Of a stretch of DNA of 64,000 bases, positions 8,328-16,834 are shown piece by piece. The translations under genes were made by a program, and so were the position numbers. The notes under the pieces were generated by a model. That model was not told the DNA's origin. It made no database searches and worked only from the letters and a program-made list of their open reading frames with translations. Origin of the DNA: Oceanispirochaeta sp. GTDB taxonomy: Bacteria; Spirochaetota; Spirochaetia; DSM-2461. The DNA lies in the NCBI GenBank assembly GCA_963666275.2, contig CAXXOA010000001.1:1344001-1408000 (forward strand), read 5' to 3'. The number at the start of each line of letters is the position of its first letter. Position 1 is the first letter of the stretch.

Positions 8328-9488
8328 TCAATTGGAAGAAACACACCAGATAACGGCGTCATGAGTTGTATCTGTTAAATCATAGGCTGTCTCATTTTCC
8401 CAATAGCGTGCAACTTTAGTTGTTCCTAATGTTGGTTTATCCTCTGTTTCATATCCTACAGAATAAATGTTCCCATCAATGGCAAGTATTTTGAAAATAT
8501 CACAAAAATGATCTGCAGTGTTCAGATTGTGTACTGTTGTATCACTCCAGTAATTCAGCTGTATTAATGATAACTCTGCGTAAGCTTTTGCTGTACAAAA
8601 GACTGTATTATTGTTCACCACAATGTCTTTTAAAAGAGAGGTTCTTGTGTAAGATTCAGCAAGTGAAACTGAAGAAGAAATACTGAAATCAGAAAGGTCC
8701 ATAGTCCAATAAGTTCCAATATCTTTTGATGCAGAAGTAGAGTATTCTGATCCACATATGTAAAGGGTAGTTCCCGATAGATCTAACCCCCATGTTTCTG
8801 CAAAAGTATCAGAAGCAGGAACTGGGTAGGTGTCAAAACCTCCTGTCAGATTGGTTAAATCACCTACATAAACATAAGCGTTTCTATTTGGATAATCAGA
8901 ATCTTCATCAAGATATCCCGTAAGGTATATCTTGTTATTGTCAATAACAAGGTCTCTGGCAACAGGGTAACCACCAGAATCTACAGTATATTTCTGTATT
9001 GTTCCGTTTTGATCAATTTCATAAAGATACAACGCTGTATCTAAGTCATTGGTAAATATATAGATCTTATCATTGAAAATCTGAAAATCCTGTCCATTTA
9101 GATAGCTGTCTGGTAATTCTTTTATTAACTGAGAGTTTTTATAATAACAGAGAGTATCGTCCGTTCCATTAAAAACAAGTGCATATATGTCATCTTCATA
9201 AATTACTATATCCTGTACTGTCGTATAATCAGAACCATCTAAAAGGGGAATTTCAACTATATCTGATTTGTTGTTTTTATCAACTTTCCAGATTGTGGCA
9301 ACTCCATCATTTCTACCACCAAAATACAGAAATGTTTTAGAAATTGTTGAATCCTCATTTTCCTGTTCGCTATTGGAGCTTTCCTGATCTTGAGCGTTTT
9401 CATCGTCTTCTTTATCACTCATAGCAGGATTTTCACATCCAATAAAAATAATTATAACAAAAATGAGAAAAATAATAGTTTTTTTCAT
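8328..9488 (-). CDS. AT-rich lipoprotein, probable beta-propeller
   Basis: MKKTIIFLIFVIIIFIG-C lipobox, acidic linker, repeated beta-strand units (DIVIYEDDIY, DLVIDNNKIY, DIVVNNNTVF); start at 9488 after GAGGA. Confidence 0.75.
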   Translation of the reverse strand: MKKTIIFLIFVIIIFIGCENPAMSDKEDDENAQDQESSNSEQENEDSTISKTFLYFGGRNDGVATIWKVDKNNKSDIVEIPLLDGSDYTTVQDIVIYEDDIYALVFNGTDDTLCYYKNSQLIKELPDSYLNGQDFQIFNDKIYIFTNDLDTALYLYEIDQNGTIQKYTVDSGGYPVARDLVIDNNKIYLTGYLDEDSDYPNRNAYVYVGDLTNLTGGFDTYPVPASDTFAETWGLDLSGTTLYICGSEYSTSASKDIGTYWTMDLSDFSISSSVSLAESYTRTSLLKDIVVNNNTVFCTAKAYAELSLIQLNYWSDTTVHNLNTADHFCDIFKILAIDGNIYSVGYETEDKPTLGTTKVARYWENETAYDLTDTTHDAVIWCVSSN

Positions 9489-9630
9489 AATAAGTATTTC
9501 CTCGTTTATTTTAGAAAGACAATACCATATTAAAAATATACACTCAAGTGATTTTTCAGAGAAATGAACAGAAGATCCGATTAAATAGATTCTTATCATG
9601 TATTACTTGTGTATTACATGGTGGTACATG

Positions 9631-9640
9631 GGGACGGAGG
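9631..9640 (+). repeat. 10-mer motif upstream of RAYT
   Basis: GGGACGGAGG ending 64 bp before the transposase ATG. Confidence 0.85.
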
Positions 9641-9704
9641 ATCTTTTCGAGAAAATAATTTTAGGAATTGAATCAGCCATACACTTTCTTCTGTTAATAG
9701 TAAC

Positions 9705-10199
9705 ATGAGAAAACCAAGATTAACCCGACAGGGTGCGACGTATCATGTCACGGCCAAAACCAACAGAGGAGAGTTTATATTTGAAGATGACAATATCAAA
9801 GAGCTCTTCTGTTCGGTTGTAGATGAATCCAGAGATCGCTATGATTTCCGCCTAACTAATTATTCTGTAATGACTAATCATGTTCATATGCTCATCGAAC
9901 CATTAGAGGGAACAGAATTATCAAGAATGCTTCAATGGATCTTCAGCGTTTTTGCCTGCCGGTATAACAAAATGACAGGACAGAAGGGCCATGTCTGGTA
10001 CGACCGGTTCAAGAGTAAAATTGTCAGGACTTTTCTTCAGTGGATTAATACCTTCAATTACATCACCAATAATCCTGTGAAAGCAGGATTGTGTCACTCT
10101 CCTGAGAAATATTTCTACAGCGGCATGCATGAACTGAAGAAAAAGCGGTTTAGGCTGCTCAATCCACCGGATAACTGGATCTCAGCTCTGTTTCAATAA
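9705..10199 (+). mobile_element. REP-associated tyrosine transposase (RAYT / TnpA-Y1, IS200-like HUH endonuclease)
   Basis: YHVT..TNR, MTNHVHML (HUH), GHVWYDRFKS, YITNNPVKAG (catalytic Tyr); 164 aa, no tnpB partner. Confidence 0.92.
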
Positions 10200-10482
10200 A
10201 ATTTCTTATCTGAATCAGAGAAAACTCACGTTTGCATGTATCAATATTAATTGAAAAACATCCTCCTTTTACTGATAACAGGCTAGTTGTATTCTGCAAA
10301 TAAGCTGAATGAATTATTGATACACAAAACTCCTATTTTATTTTTTAAAAAATATCATCTTAAACAATCAAATCTGTGGTTTTGTGACTTCTAAGACTCT
10401 CTTTATTGATCCTATTTGGTTTGACCCCGGGAATTAAAAGAGAAAATAGGCCCTTTATGCTGAAAAATGCTGATTTTTTAAG

Positions 10483-10568
10483 CCTCCGTCCCTTAAATTA
10501 GCGGTCAGGATAGCCTCCTTCCCGCTTTTTCCCCGCTGCTTCTTCTTTACCTTCCATGCCTCCGTCCC
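10483..10568 (-). repeat. Downstream cluster of 10-mer motifs
   Basis: CCTCCGTCCC at 10483 and 10559; one-mismatch CCTCCTTCCC at 10514. Confidence 0.9.
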
Positions 10569-10741
10569 TGAACAAATGATTTTTATTACTGTTTTTCTAC
10601 GAAAAAACCATACTCATAAGTCCCGGATATGTAAAAATATATTGAATTAACCTCGAGAAAAGAGCTGTATAACTGCTGTTTATGTCGGTATAGATTTATC
10701 GAAAAAGGTTTACAAATCTAACTAATAGAGTAAAAATATAC

Positions 10742-10838
10742 CTGCCGAGCGAAACTCCTAAGCCGGGCCGGAACGGTAGGGAATTATGCCGATAGGGTCT
10801 TTCTGGAAACGGATAGGCCTCCCATTGTGGAAAGGCGA
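10742..10838 (+). ncRNA. Moco/Tuco riboswitch (Moco RNA motif)
   Basis: CCGAG...CCTAAG...AGGG-stem-GGAAAC-stem-GCCTCCC...GGAAAGG in the leader of the tungstate/Moco operon. Confidence 0.8.
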
Positions 10839-10914
10839 AGATACAAAACTGGATGAAAAAATTCTGAAATGCGTCTCTATCGCCTTCAATAATCTTATTT
10901 ATTGGAGATCTTGA

Positions 10915-11739
10915 ATGTTTACTAGAAAGAATGTTTTAACAGTGATCATGGCTCTGGCCATGGTCTTTTCCGTGACTGCGGGGGGAAAGAAAGAAGAACC
11001 CCAGCACATCAAACTGGCTACCACAACAAGTACCGAAAACTCAGGCCTTCTGGCGGAACTCCTTCCTGTTTTTCTTGAGGAGGAGAATATCCAGGTGGAT
11101 GTTATTGCTGTAGGTACAGGTAAAGCGATCGCCCATGGTGAAAACGGGGATGTGGATGTCATCCTTGTTCATGCCAGAAGCCGGGAAGATGCGTTTGTCA
11201 ATGATGGTTTCGGTGTGAACCGCCGGGATGTGATGCACAACGACTTTGTTGTTCTGGGACCTGAAAGCGATCCTGCCGGGATCAGCGGTATGAGTGATGC
11301 GGCAGCAGCTTTTTCCAAGATTGCCGCTTCCGGATCCGATTTCCTTTCAAGAGGAGATGACTCGGGAACCCATACAAAAGAGAAGGCCATCTGGGCTTCA
11401 GCCAATGAATCCCACGAAGGTACCTGGTACAAAGAAGTGGGGCAGGGTATGGGAACTGTCCTGACCATGACGTCTGAAGTGCAGGGGTATACCCTTACCG
11501 ACAGAGGTACATGGCTGGCAATGAAGGACAATCTGGATCTGGCTGTTCTTGTAGAGGGAGATCCCGTCCTTTTCAATCCCTATGGTGTTATTGCTGTCAA
11601 TCCCGAATTGCACTCTCATGTCAATTACGAGGGCGCTATGAAGTTTGTTGACTTTCTGACTTCAGAAACCGGTCAGAATGTGATCAAAAACTTTCAGAAG
11701 AACGGGGAACAGCTGTTCTACCCGGATGCTCTGAAGTAG
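10915..11739 (+). CDS. tupA: Tungstate ABC transporter substrate-binding protein
   Basis: ATTTSTENSGLL signature, GTGKA, SRGDDSGTH, signal peptide. Confidence 0.93.
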   Translation: MFTRKNVLTVIMALAMVFSVTAGGKKEEPQHIKLATTTSTENSGLLAELLPVFLEEENIQVDVIAVGTGKAIAHGENGDVDVILVHARSREDAFVNDGFGVNRRDVMHNDFVVLGPESDPAGISGMSDAAAAFSKIAASGSDFLSRGDDSGTHTKEKAIWASANESHEGTWYKEVGQGMGTVLTMTSEVQGYTLTDRGTWLAMKDNLDLAVLVEGDPVLFNPYGVIAVNPELHSHVNYEGAMKFVDFLTSETGQNVIKNFQKNGEQLFYPDALK

Positions 11740-11747
11740 GAAAGACA

Positions 11748-12428
11748 ATGTCAGCTTTAAGAGATGCGATTGAACTGATAATTTCGGGAGATAGAGAACT
11801 CTTCACTATCTGCCTTACTTCTCTCAGATTTTCCGGTACTTCCATACTGATTGCCTCTCTGGCGGGAATTCCTCTGGGATTCCTGCTTAAGCTGAAGAAT
11901 TTTTCAGGCAGGAAACTTGTCCTGGTTATTTTAAACAGTCTGATGGCCCTGCCCACTGTTGTGGTGGGTCTTCTTGTCTATGCTTTTATCTGCCGTTCCG
12001 GTCCCTTCGGTCAGTGGGGGCTCCTTTTTACTCCTGCCGCTGTCATCATCGGACAGGTTATTCTTGTACTTCCCATTCTGACCTCCATGGTTTACGGCAG
12101 TGTTTCCGATATGGATCCCCGGCTCCCGGAAACTCTGAAAACTCTGGGGGCCACAGGGAGTTCCTACTATGCTATGCTTGTCAGGGAGATGCGGGGACCC
12201 ATCCTTTCAGCTGTTCTGGCGGGATTCGGAAGAGCTGTGGGCGAAGTTGGTGTTTCCATGATGCTGGGAGGAAATATCCGGTGGTTTACAAGAACCATTA
12301 CTACCACCATTTCCCTGCAGACCAGTAAGGGGGAGTTTGAACTGGCTCTGGCACTGGGAATTATCCTTATGATAATAGCTTTTACACTGAATTTTCTTAT
12401 TCATCTGGCGGTGGGTTATGAGCACTGA
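11748..12428 (+). CDS. tupB: Tungstate ABC transporter permease
   Basis: LPTVVVGL, GFGRAVGEVG..MMLGGNI. Confidence 0.92.
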   Translation: MSALRDAIELIISGDRELFTICLTSLRFSGTSILIASLAGIPLGFLLKLKNFSGRKLVLVILNSLMALPTVVVGLLVYAFICRSGPFGQWGLLFTPAAVIIGQVILVLPILTSMVYGSVSDMDPRLPETLKTLGATGSSYYAMLVREMRGPILSAVLAGFGRAVGEVGVSMMLGGNIRWFTRTITTTISLQTSKGEFELALALGIILMIIAFTLNFLIHLAVGYEH

Positions 12429-13407
12429 TATTTTTCATATTCAGAATCTCATATTCCAGTATAAAACAGTGAAAAATTCCCCGGTAAACAGACCGGTTCT
12501 GGATATCCCCCACCTGGATTTTAAAAAGAATTCCATTACTGTTATCAGAGGGCATAACGGTTCCGGGAAAACAACTCTTCTGAAGCTGCTCAACGGCCTC
12601 TATGAACCTGTATCCGGAAATATAGATGGCAATGGATCCCGTTCCGTTCTGGTACAGCAGGAACCCTACCTGTTCCACGGATCTGTACAGCATAATCTGA
12701 CGGCTCCCCTGCGGTTCAAAAAGGAGAAGATCCGCAGCGGCAGTGAAAAAGTCAGTGCGGCTCTCGCCATGGTGGGACTTGAGGGGTTTGAAAAACGCCG
12801 GGCCCGGGAACTTTCGGGGGGAGAAAAGAAACGGATCGCCATTGCCAGGGCTCTCATGACAGAACCGGATGTTCTGCTCCTGGATGAGCCGGATGCGAAT
12901 GTTGACAGCACCACAGCGGGGGAGCTGGAGAATCTCTTCAGGACTTTGAAAAAAAGGGGAATCTCAATCATTCTCTGTTCCCATAACAAAGGGTTCGCCT
13001 ACCGCTGCTGCGATCAGATAATCGATCTCTATCAGGGGCGGCCTGTTGATCATGATGAAAATATTTTTGAAGGAAAATATCTTTATCAGAAGGATGTCCT
13101 TTCATGGTTTCAGACTTCCGGGTGGACCTTTTGCTGTCCCACTCTTCAGGGGGAATTCACCAAAGCGGTCATCTCTCCGGAAAGCTTCACCTTTATACCC
13201 GAACATGCGGAGGATACTGGACGGAATATTATCAATGCCCGTATCCTCTCTATATATCCCCAGAAAAAGGGGCTGAATACAGTGACTCTCAAGGGGCCGG
13301 TGGAACTCAGGATGCGCATGAGTGATGCGGAGTTGACTCTGTCAAAACTGAAAGTCGGTGATGAGATCCGGCTGCTCTTTGAACCCTCATCGGTGAAACT
13401 CTATTAA
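12418..13407 (+). CDS. tupC: Tungstate ABC transporter ATPase with C-terminal TOBE-like region
   Basis: GHNGSGKT, LSGGEKKR, LLLDEP. Confidence 0.88.
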   Translation: MSTDIFHIQNLIFQYKTVKNSPVNRPVLDIPHLDFKKNSITVIRGHNGSGKTTLLKLLNGLYEPVSGNIDGNGSRSVLVQQEPYLFHGSVQHNLTAPLRFKKEKIRSGSEKVSAALAMVGLEGFEKRRARELSGGEKKRIAIARALMTEPDVLLLDEPDANVDSTTAGELENLFRTLKKRGISIILCSHNKGFAYRCCDQIIDLYQGRPVDHDENIFEGKYLYQKDVLSWFQTSGWTFCCPTLQGEFTKAVISPESFTFIPEHAEDTGRNIINARILSIYPQKKGLNTVTLKGPVELRMRMSDAELTLSKLKVGDEIRLLFEPSSVKLY

Positions 13408-13424
13408 ACAAGGATTGAAATGCA

Positions 13425-14591
13425 ATGTTGGATGTAAAAGACATACGGGCAATTTTAGATCGGTATCCTGTCTCCCCCCGGGAGGAACATGTTCCTCTCG
13501 AAAAGGCTGACGGCCGGTTCCTTTTCAAAGATATTGTCTCTACTCTGGACTCTCCGCCATTTGACAAGGCGGCTATGGACGGATGGGCAGTCATAGAAAA
13601 TGAATCCTCATCTCAGCTGGATATCATTGAGACAGTGGCTGCCGGAGATGTTCCCGAATCCTCTTTATCATCCGGTAAATGCGCTGCCATTATGACGGGA
13701 GCCAAAATCCCCGAAGGAACCGGAAAGATTATACGGGTGGAGTATTCCCGCAGGGAAGGGGACCGGGTATTCATAGAAAAAGAGGAACCCCTTGTGAATA
13801 TAATCCGTCAGGGGGAGAATCTGAAAAAAGGGGATACAGTCCTGACGCCCCGCATGCTGGGGCCCGGTGACATCGGAATCCTGGCCAGTCTGGGCCTGGC
13901 GGAAATCCCTGTGGCCGTGACTCCCTCCATCGGTATTATCACCACAGGTTCGGAGCTGAAAGAACCGGGAGAGTCCCTTCTGGACGGTCAGATCTACAAC
14001 AGCAACGGTCATCAGCTGAAAGCTCAGGCACGGCGCTGCGGCTGTTCTGTGAACTACTACGGAATCATTCCCGATGATGAGGATCATCTGTTCCGCACTA
14101 TTGAAACAGCCCTGAAAGAGAGTGATATCCTTATCCTTTCCGGGGGTGTTTCCATGGGGGAATTTGATTTTGTCCCCTCCACGCTGGAGAAACTCGGGGT
14201 TAAACAGATCTTCTACAAAGCGGCCATCAAACCGGGGCGTCCCCTCTGGTTCGGCGGCTCCGATGAGTGCGCCGTGTTCGGACTTCCGGGAAATCCTGTT
14301 TCCACCTATATCCTTTTCGAGGTTTTTGTCAAACACCTTATCTACCGCTTCTGCGGACAGGATTACAAACCCGACTATCTGAACGGATTCCTGGGAAAAA
14401 CAATCAGAAGAAGAACCTGGGACCGTACGGAATTCCTCCCTGTCTATTTCCAGGACGGCAAGGTCTTTCCGGTGCGATATCATGGTTCCTCCCATCTGAA
14501 TGCCATGGCACTGGCCCATGGTCTTCTCACTATAGAGAAGGGAACCCAGACTGTTGAAGAAGGAGAGACTGTTCATGTTAGACTCTTATAA
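13425..14591 (+). CDS. moeA: Molybdopterin molybdenumtransferase
   Basis: PPFDKAAMDG, IMTGA.IP, SGGVSMG, KPGRP, GLPGNPVS. Confidence 0.95.
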   Translation: MLDVKDIRAILDRYPVSPREEHVPLEKADGRFLFKDIVSTLDSPPFDKAAMDGWAVIENESSSQLDIIETVAAGDVPESSLSSGKCAAIMTGAKIPEGTGKIIRVEYSRREGDRVFIEKEEPLVNIIRQGENLKKGDTVLTPRMLGPGDIGILASLGLAEIPVAVTPSIGIITTGSELKEPGESLLDGQIYNSNGHQLKAQARRCGCSVNYYGIIPDDEDHLFRTIETALKESDILILSGGVSMGEFDFVPSTLEKLGVKQIFYKAAIKPGRPLWFGGSDECAVFGLPGNPVSTYILFEVFVKHLIYRFCGQDYKPDYLNGFLGKTIRRRTWDRTEFLPVYFQDGKVFPVRYHGSSHLNAMALAHGLLTIEKGTQTVEEGETVHVRLL

Positions 14592-15378
14592 TAGGGAAAT
14601 CTCCTACCTCAGGATCTCCGTGACAGACAGGTGCAATCTCCGCTGCATCTACTGCATGCCGGAAGAGGGCGTTCCTCTGCGGGACCATGGGGACTGCCTG
14701 AGTTTTGAAGACATCGTGAAAATCGCCCGGGAGGCTGCCTCTCTGGGGATCAGAAAAGTCCGTTTGACCGGCGGAGAACCTCTGGTCAGAAAGGGCATTG
14801 TCGATCTGGTGGGAATGTTACGGCAGATTGAGGGAATAGAGCTCATTACCATGACCACCAACGGCTACAGCCTGGACAGATATGCCCGGCCCCTGAAGGA
14901 AGCGGGCCTGGACAGTGTGAATATTTCATTGGATACGCTTGATCCGGATAAGTACTCCCATCTGACCCGGGGAGGAGATATCAGCAATGTACTGAGAGGC
15001 ATTGATGCAGCCTGTGAAGCGGGATTTCCTATCAAATTGAATATGGTGGTTACCGAAGAAACCGGAGCGGGAGAAGTGGACAGGATGAGAGAGTTCTGCC
15101 GCAGCAAAGGGGTCAGGCTTCAGCAGATCAGAGAGTACTCTCTGAAAGAGGATAAAGAGGAACATGATGATATTACCTATCACAGGCCTCCTCCCTGCAG
15201 CCAATGCAACAGAATCAGGCTCCTTTCCAATGGAAGGATCAAACCCTGCCTTCATTCGGATCATGAAATCATCATAGATAAAGATGACATCAGGAGCAGC
15301 CTGATGGAGGCAATACAGAATAAACCCCGCTGCGGAACAGTCTGCAGCACTCGAAATATGGTAGAAATCGGAGGATAA
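14575..15378 (+). CDS. moaA: GTP 3',8-cyclase (radical SAM)
   Basis: YLRISVTDRCNLRCIYC, LTGGEP, C..CNRIRL...KPCL, C-terminal IGG. Confidence 0.95.
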   Translation: MLDSYNREISYLRISVTDRCNLRCIYCMPEEGVPLRDHGDCLSFEDIVKIAREAASLGIRKVRLTGGEPLVRKGIVDLVGMLRQIEGIELITMTTNGYSLDRYARPLKEAGLDSVNISLDTLDPDKYSHLTRGGDISNVLRGIDAACEAGFPIKLNMVVTEETGAGEVDRMREFCRSKGVRLQQIREYSLKEDKEEHDDITYHRPPPCSQCNRIRLLSNGRIKPCLHSDHEIIIDKDDIRSSLMEAIQNKPRCGTVCSTRNMVEIGG

Positions 15379-15380
15379 AA

Positions 15381-15839
15381 GTGGAATTTTCCCATGTAGA
15401 CGGATCAGGAAAGGCAAAAATGGTTGATGTCTCGGCCAAGCCGGTGATCCATAGAACAGCTACCGCAGAAGGGATGATCCTCTGCGGCGAAAATACAATG
15501 CGTCTGATCCGGGAGAATCAGATTAAAAAAGGCGATGTCCTGACTGTGGCCCAGATTGCCGGCGTTATGGCGGCCAAGCAGACCTCTTCTCTGATCCCTC
15601 TGTGTCATAATATTTCCATGGATCAGGTCACAGTGGATCTTTTTCCCGAGGATAAGGGGATCAGAATCCTGGCTAAAGCGGTCTGTACGGATAAAACAGG
15701 AATAGAGATGGAAGCATTGACGGCCGTCTCCCTGGCGGCTCTCACGGTCTATGACATGTGCAAAGCCGTGGACAAATCCATGGAGATTACAGGAATCAGG
15801 CTCCTTGAAAAAACGAAAAAGGAAATGGATCGGTCATGA
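15381..15839 (+). CDS. moaC: Cyclic pyranopterin monophosphate synthase
   Basis: MVDVSAK, LIPLCH, TGIEMEAL, YDMCKAVD. Confidence 0.96.
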   Translation: MEFSHVDGSGKAKMVDVSAKPVIHRTATAEGMILCGENTMRLIRENQIKKGDVLTVAQIAGVMAAKQTSSLIPLCHNISMDQVTVDLFPEDKGIRILAKAVCTDKTGIEMEALTAVSLAALTVYDMCKAVDKSMEITGIRLLEKTKKEMDRS

Positions 15840-16279
15840 AAAAAGTTGAGTTTTCCCTCCTGTCCCTGAATATTTCCGAAAAAAAAGGGGTCCAGAAAAA
15901 ACCTGTGGATTCTATGGAACTCCGGGTAGATCACGGGATCGTCGGTGATGCCCATGCGGCGGACTGGCACCGCCAGATTTCAATGCTCGCCAACGAGGAC
16001 GCCGATACGATCCGCGGAAAGGGCATGGAAATCGGATTCGGGGATTTTGCTGAAAATATAACCACCAGCGGTGTGGAGCTCAGCGCTCTGCCCCTGGGAA
16101 CCAGAATCTTCCTGGGAGAGTGCGAAACCGAGATTACCCAGATAGGGAAAGAGTGTCATCAGCACTGTGCTATCTACCATACCACAGGTGACTGCGTCAT
16201 GCCCCGGAAGGGGATCTTTGTGAAAGTACTGAAAGGAGGAACCATCACCCGTGAAAGTAACTGTTATTACTGTCAGTGA
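15836..16279 (+). CDS. MOSC domain protein
   Basis: GIVGDAHA, G.FAENIT, TQIGKECH..C. Confidence 0.9.
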   Translation: MKKVEFSLLSLNISEKKGVQKKPVDSMELRVDHGIVGDAHAADWHRQISMLANEDADTIRGKGMEIGFGDFAENITTSGVELSALPLGTRIFLGECETEITQIGKECHQHCAIYHTTGDCVMPRKGIFVKVLKGGTITRESNCYYCQ

Positions 16280-16718
16280 CCGGGCCAGCCGGGGGGAGTA
16301 TGAAGACCTCTCTGGGCCTGAAATTGAAATGATTCTGAAAGAGTCCTATCCGGATGCCCTGATAGAAAGGGTCATTGTTCCCGATGAAGCTCCGGATATA
16401 AGAAACGCCCTCAAAGACGCCGGGAGCAGTGATTTTATCCTGACCACCGGCGGTACGGGGATCTCTCCCCGGGATATAACCGCTGATGTCACCCGGGATT
16501 TCTGCGATCGCGAACTTCCCGGTATTGCCGAAATCCTCAGAGCCGAGTCATACAGGGAAACGCCCCAGGCCATGCTCAGCAGAGGATATGCAGGGCTGAA
16601 AAATCAGACGATCATCATAAACTTTCCCGGGTCAGTCAAGGCTGTCCGCCTATGCACCAGAACTGTCCTGCCGATCCTGGGGCACTCCATCAAAATGCTC
16701 AGAGGGGAGGGGCACTGA
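16251..16718 (+). CDS. mogA: MogA/MoaB molybdopterin adenylyltransferase
   Basis: ITVSDRAS.G.YEDLSGP, TTGGTGISPRD, NFPGS. Confidence 0.85.
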   Translation: MKVTVITVSDRASRGEYEDLSGPEIEMILKESYPDALIERVIVPDEAPDIRNALKDAGSSDFILTTGGTGISPRDITADVTRDFCDRELPGIAEILRAESYRETPQAMLSRGYAGLKNQTIIINFPGSVKAVRLCTRTVLPILGHSIKMLRGEGH

Positions 16719-16781
16719 TTTTTCTCCTCCCACCCTGTCCGGGAGGATCCCGGGGGGACGTTTTCTTCTGTTCCCCAGTCA

Positions 16782-16791
16782 GGGACGGAGG
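16782..16791 (+). repeat. Isolated 10-mer motif between convergent genes
   Basis: GGGACGGAGG in the mogA/lacI intergenic region. Confidence 0.7.
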
Positions 16792-16834
16792 ATGAACAAT
16801 CCGCCGATGCTGTCCGGAAGGGAACTGCCCCGGG

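Noticed and set aside
9705..10199. Classical IS200/IS605 element with tnpB
   Set aside because: No tnpB and no obvious terminal hairpins; sequence motifs fit the RAYT type
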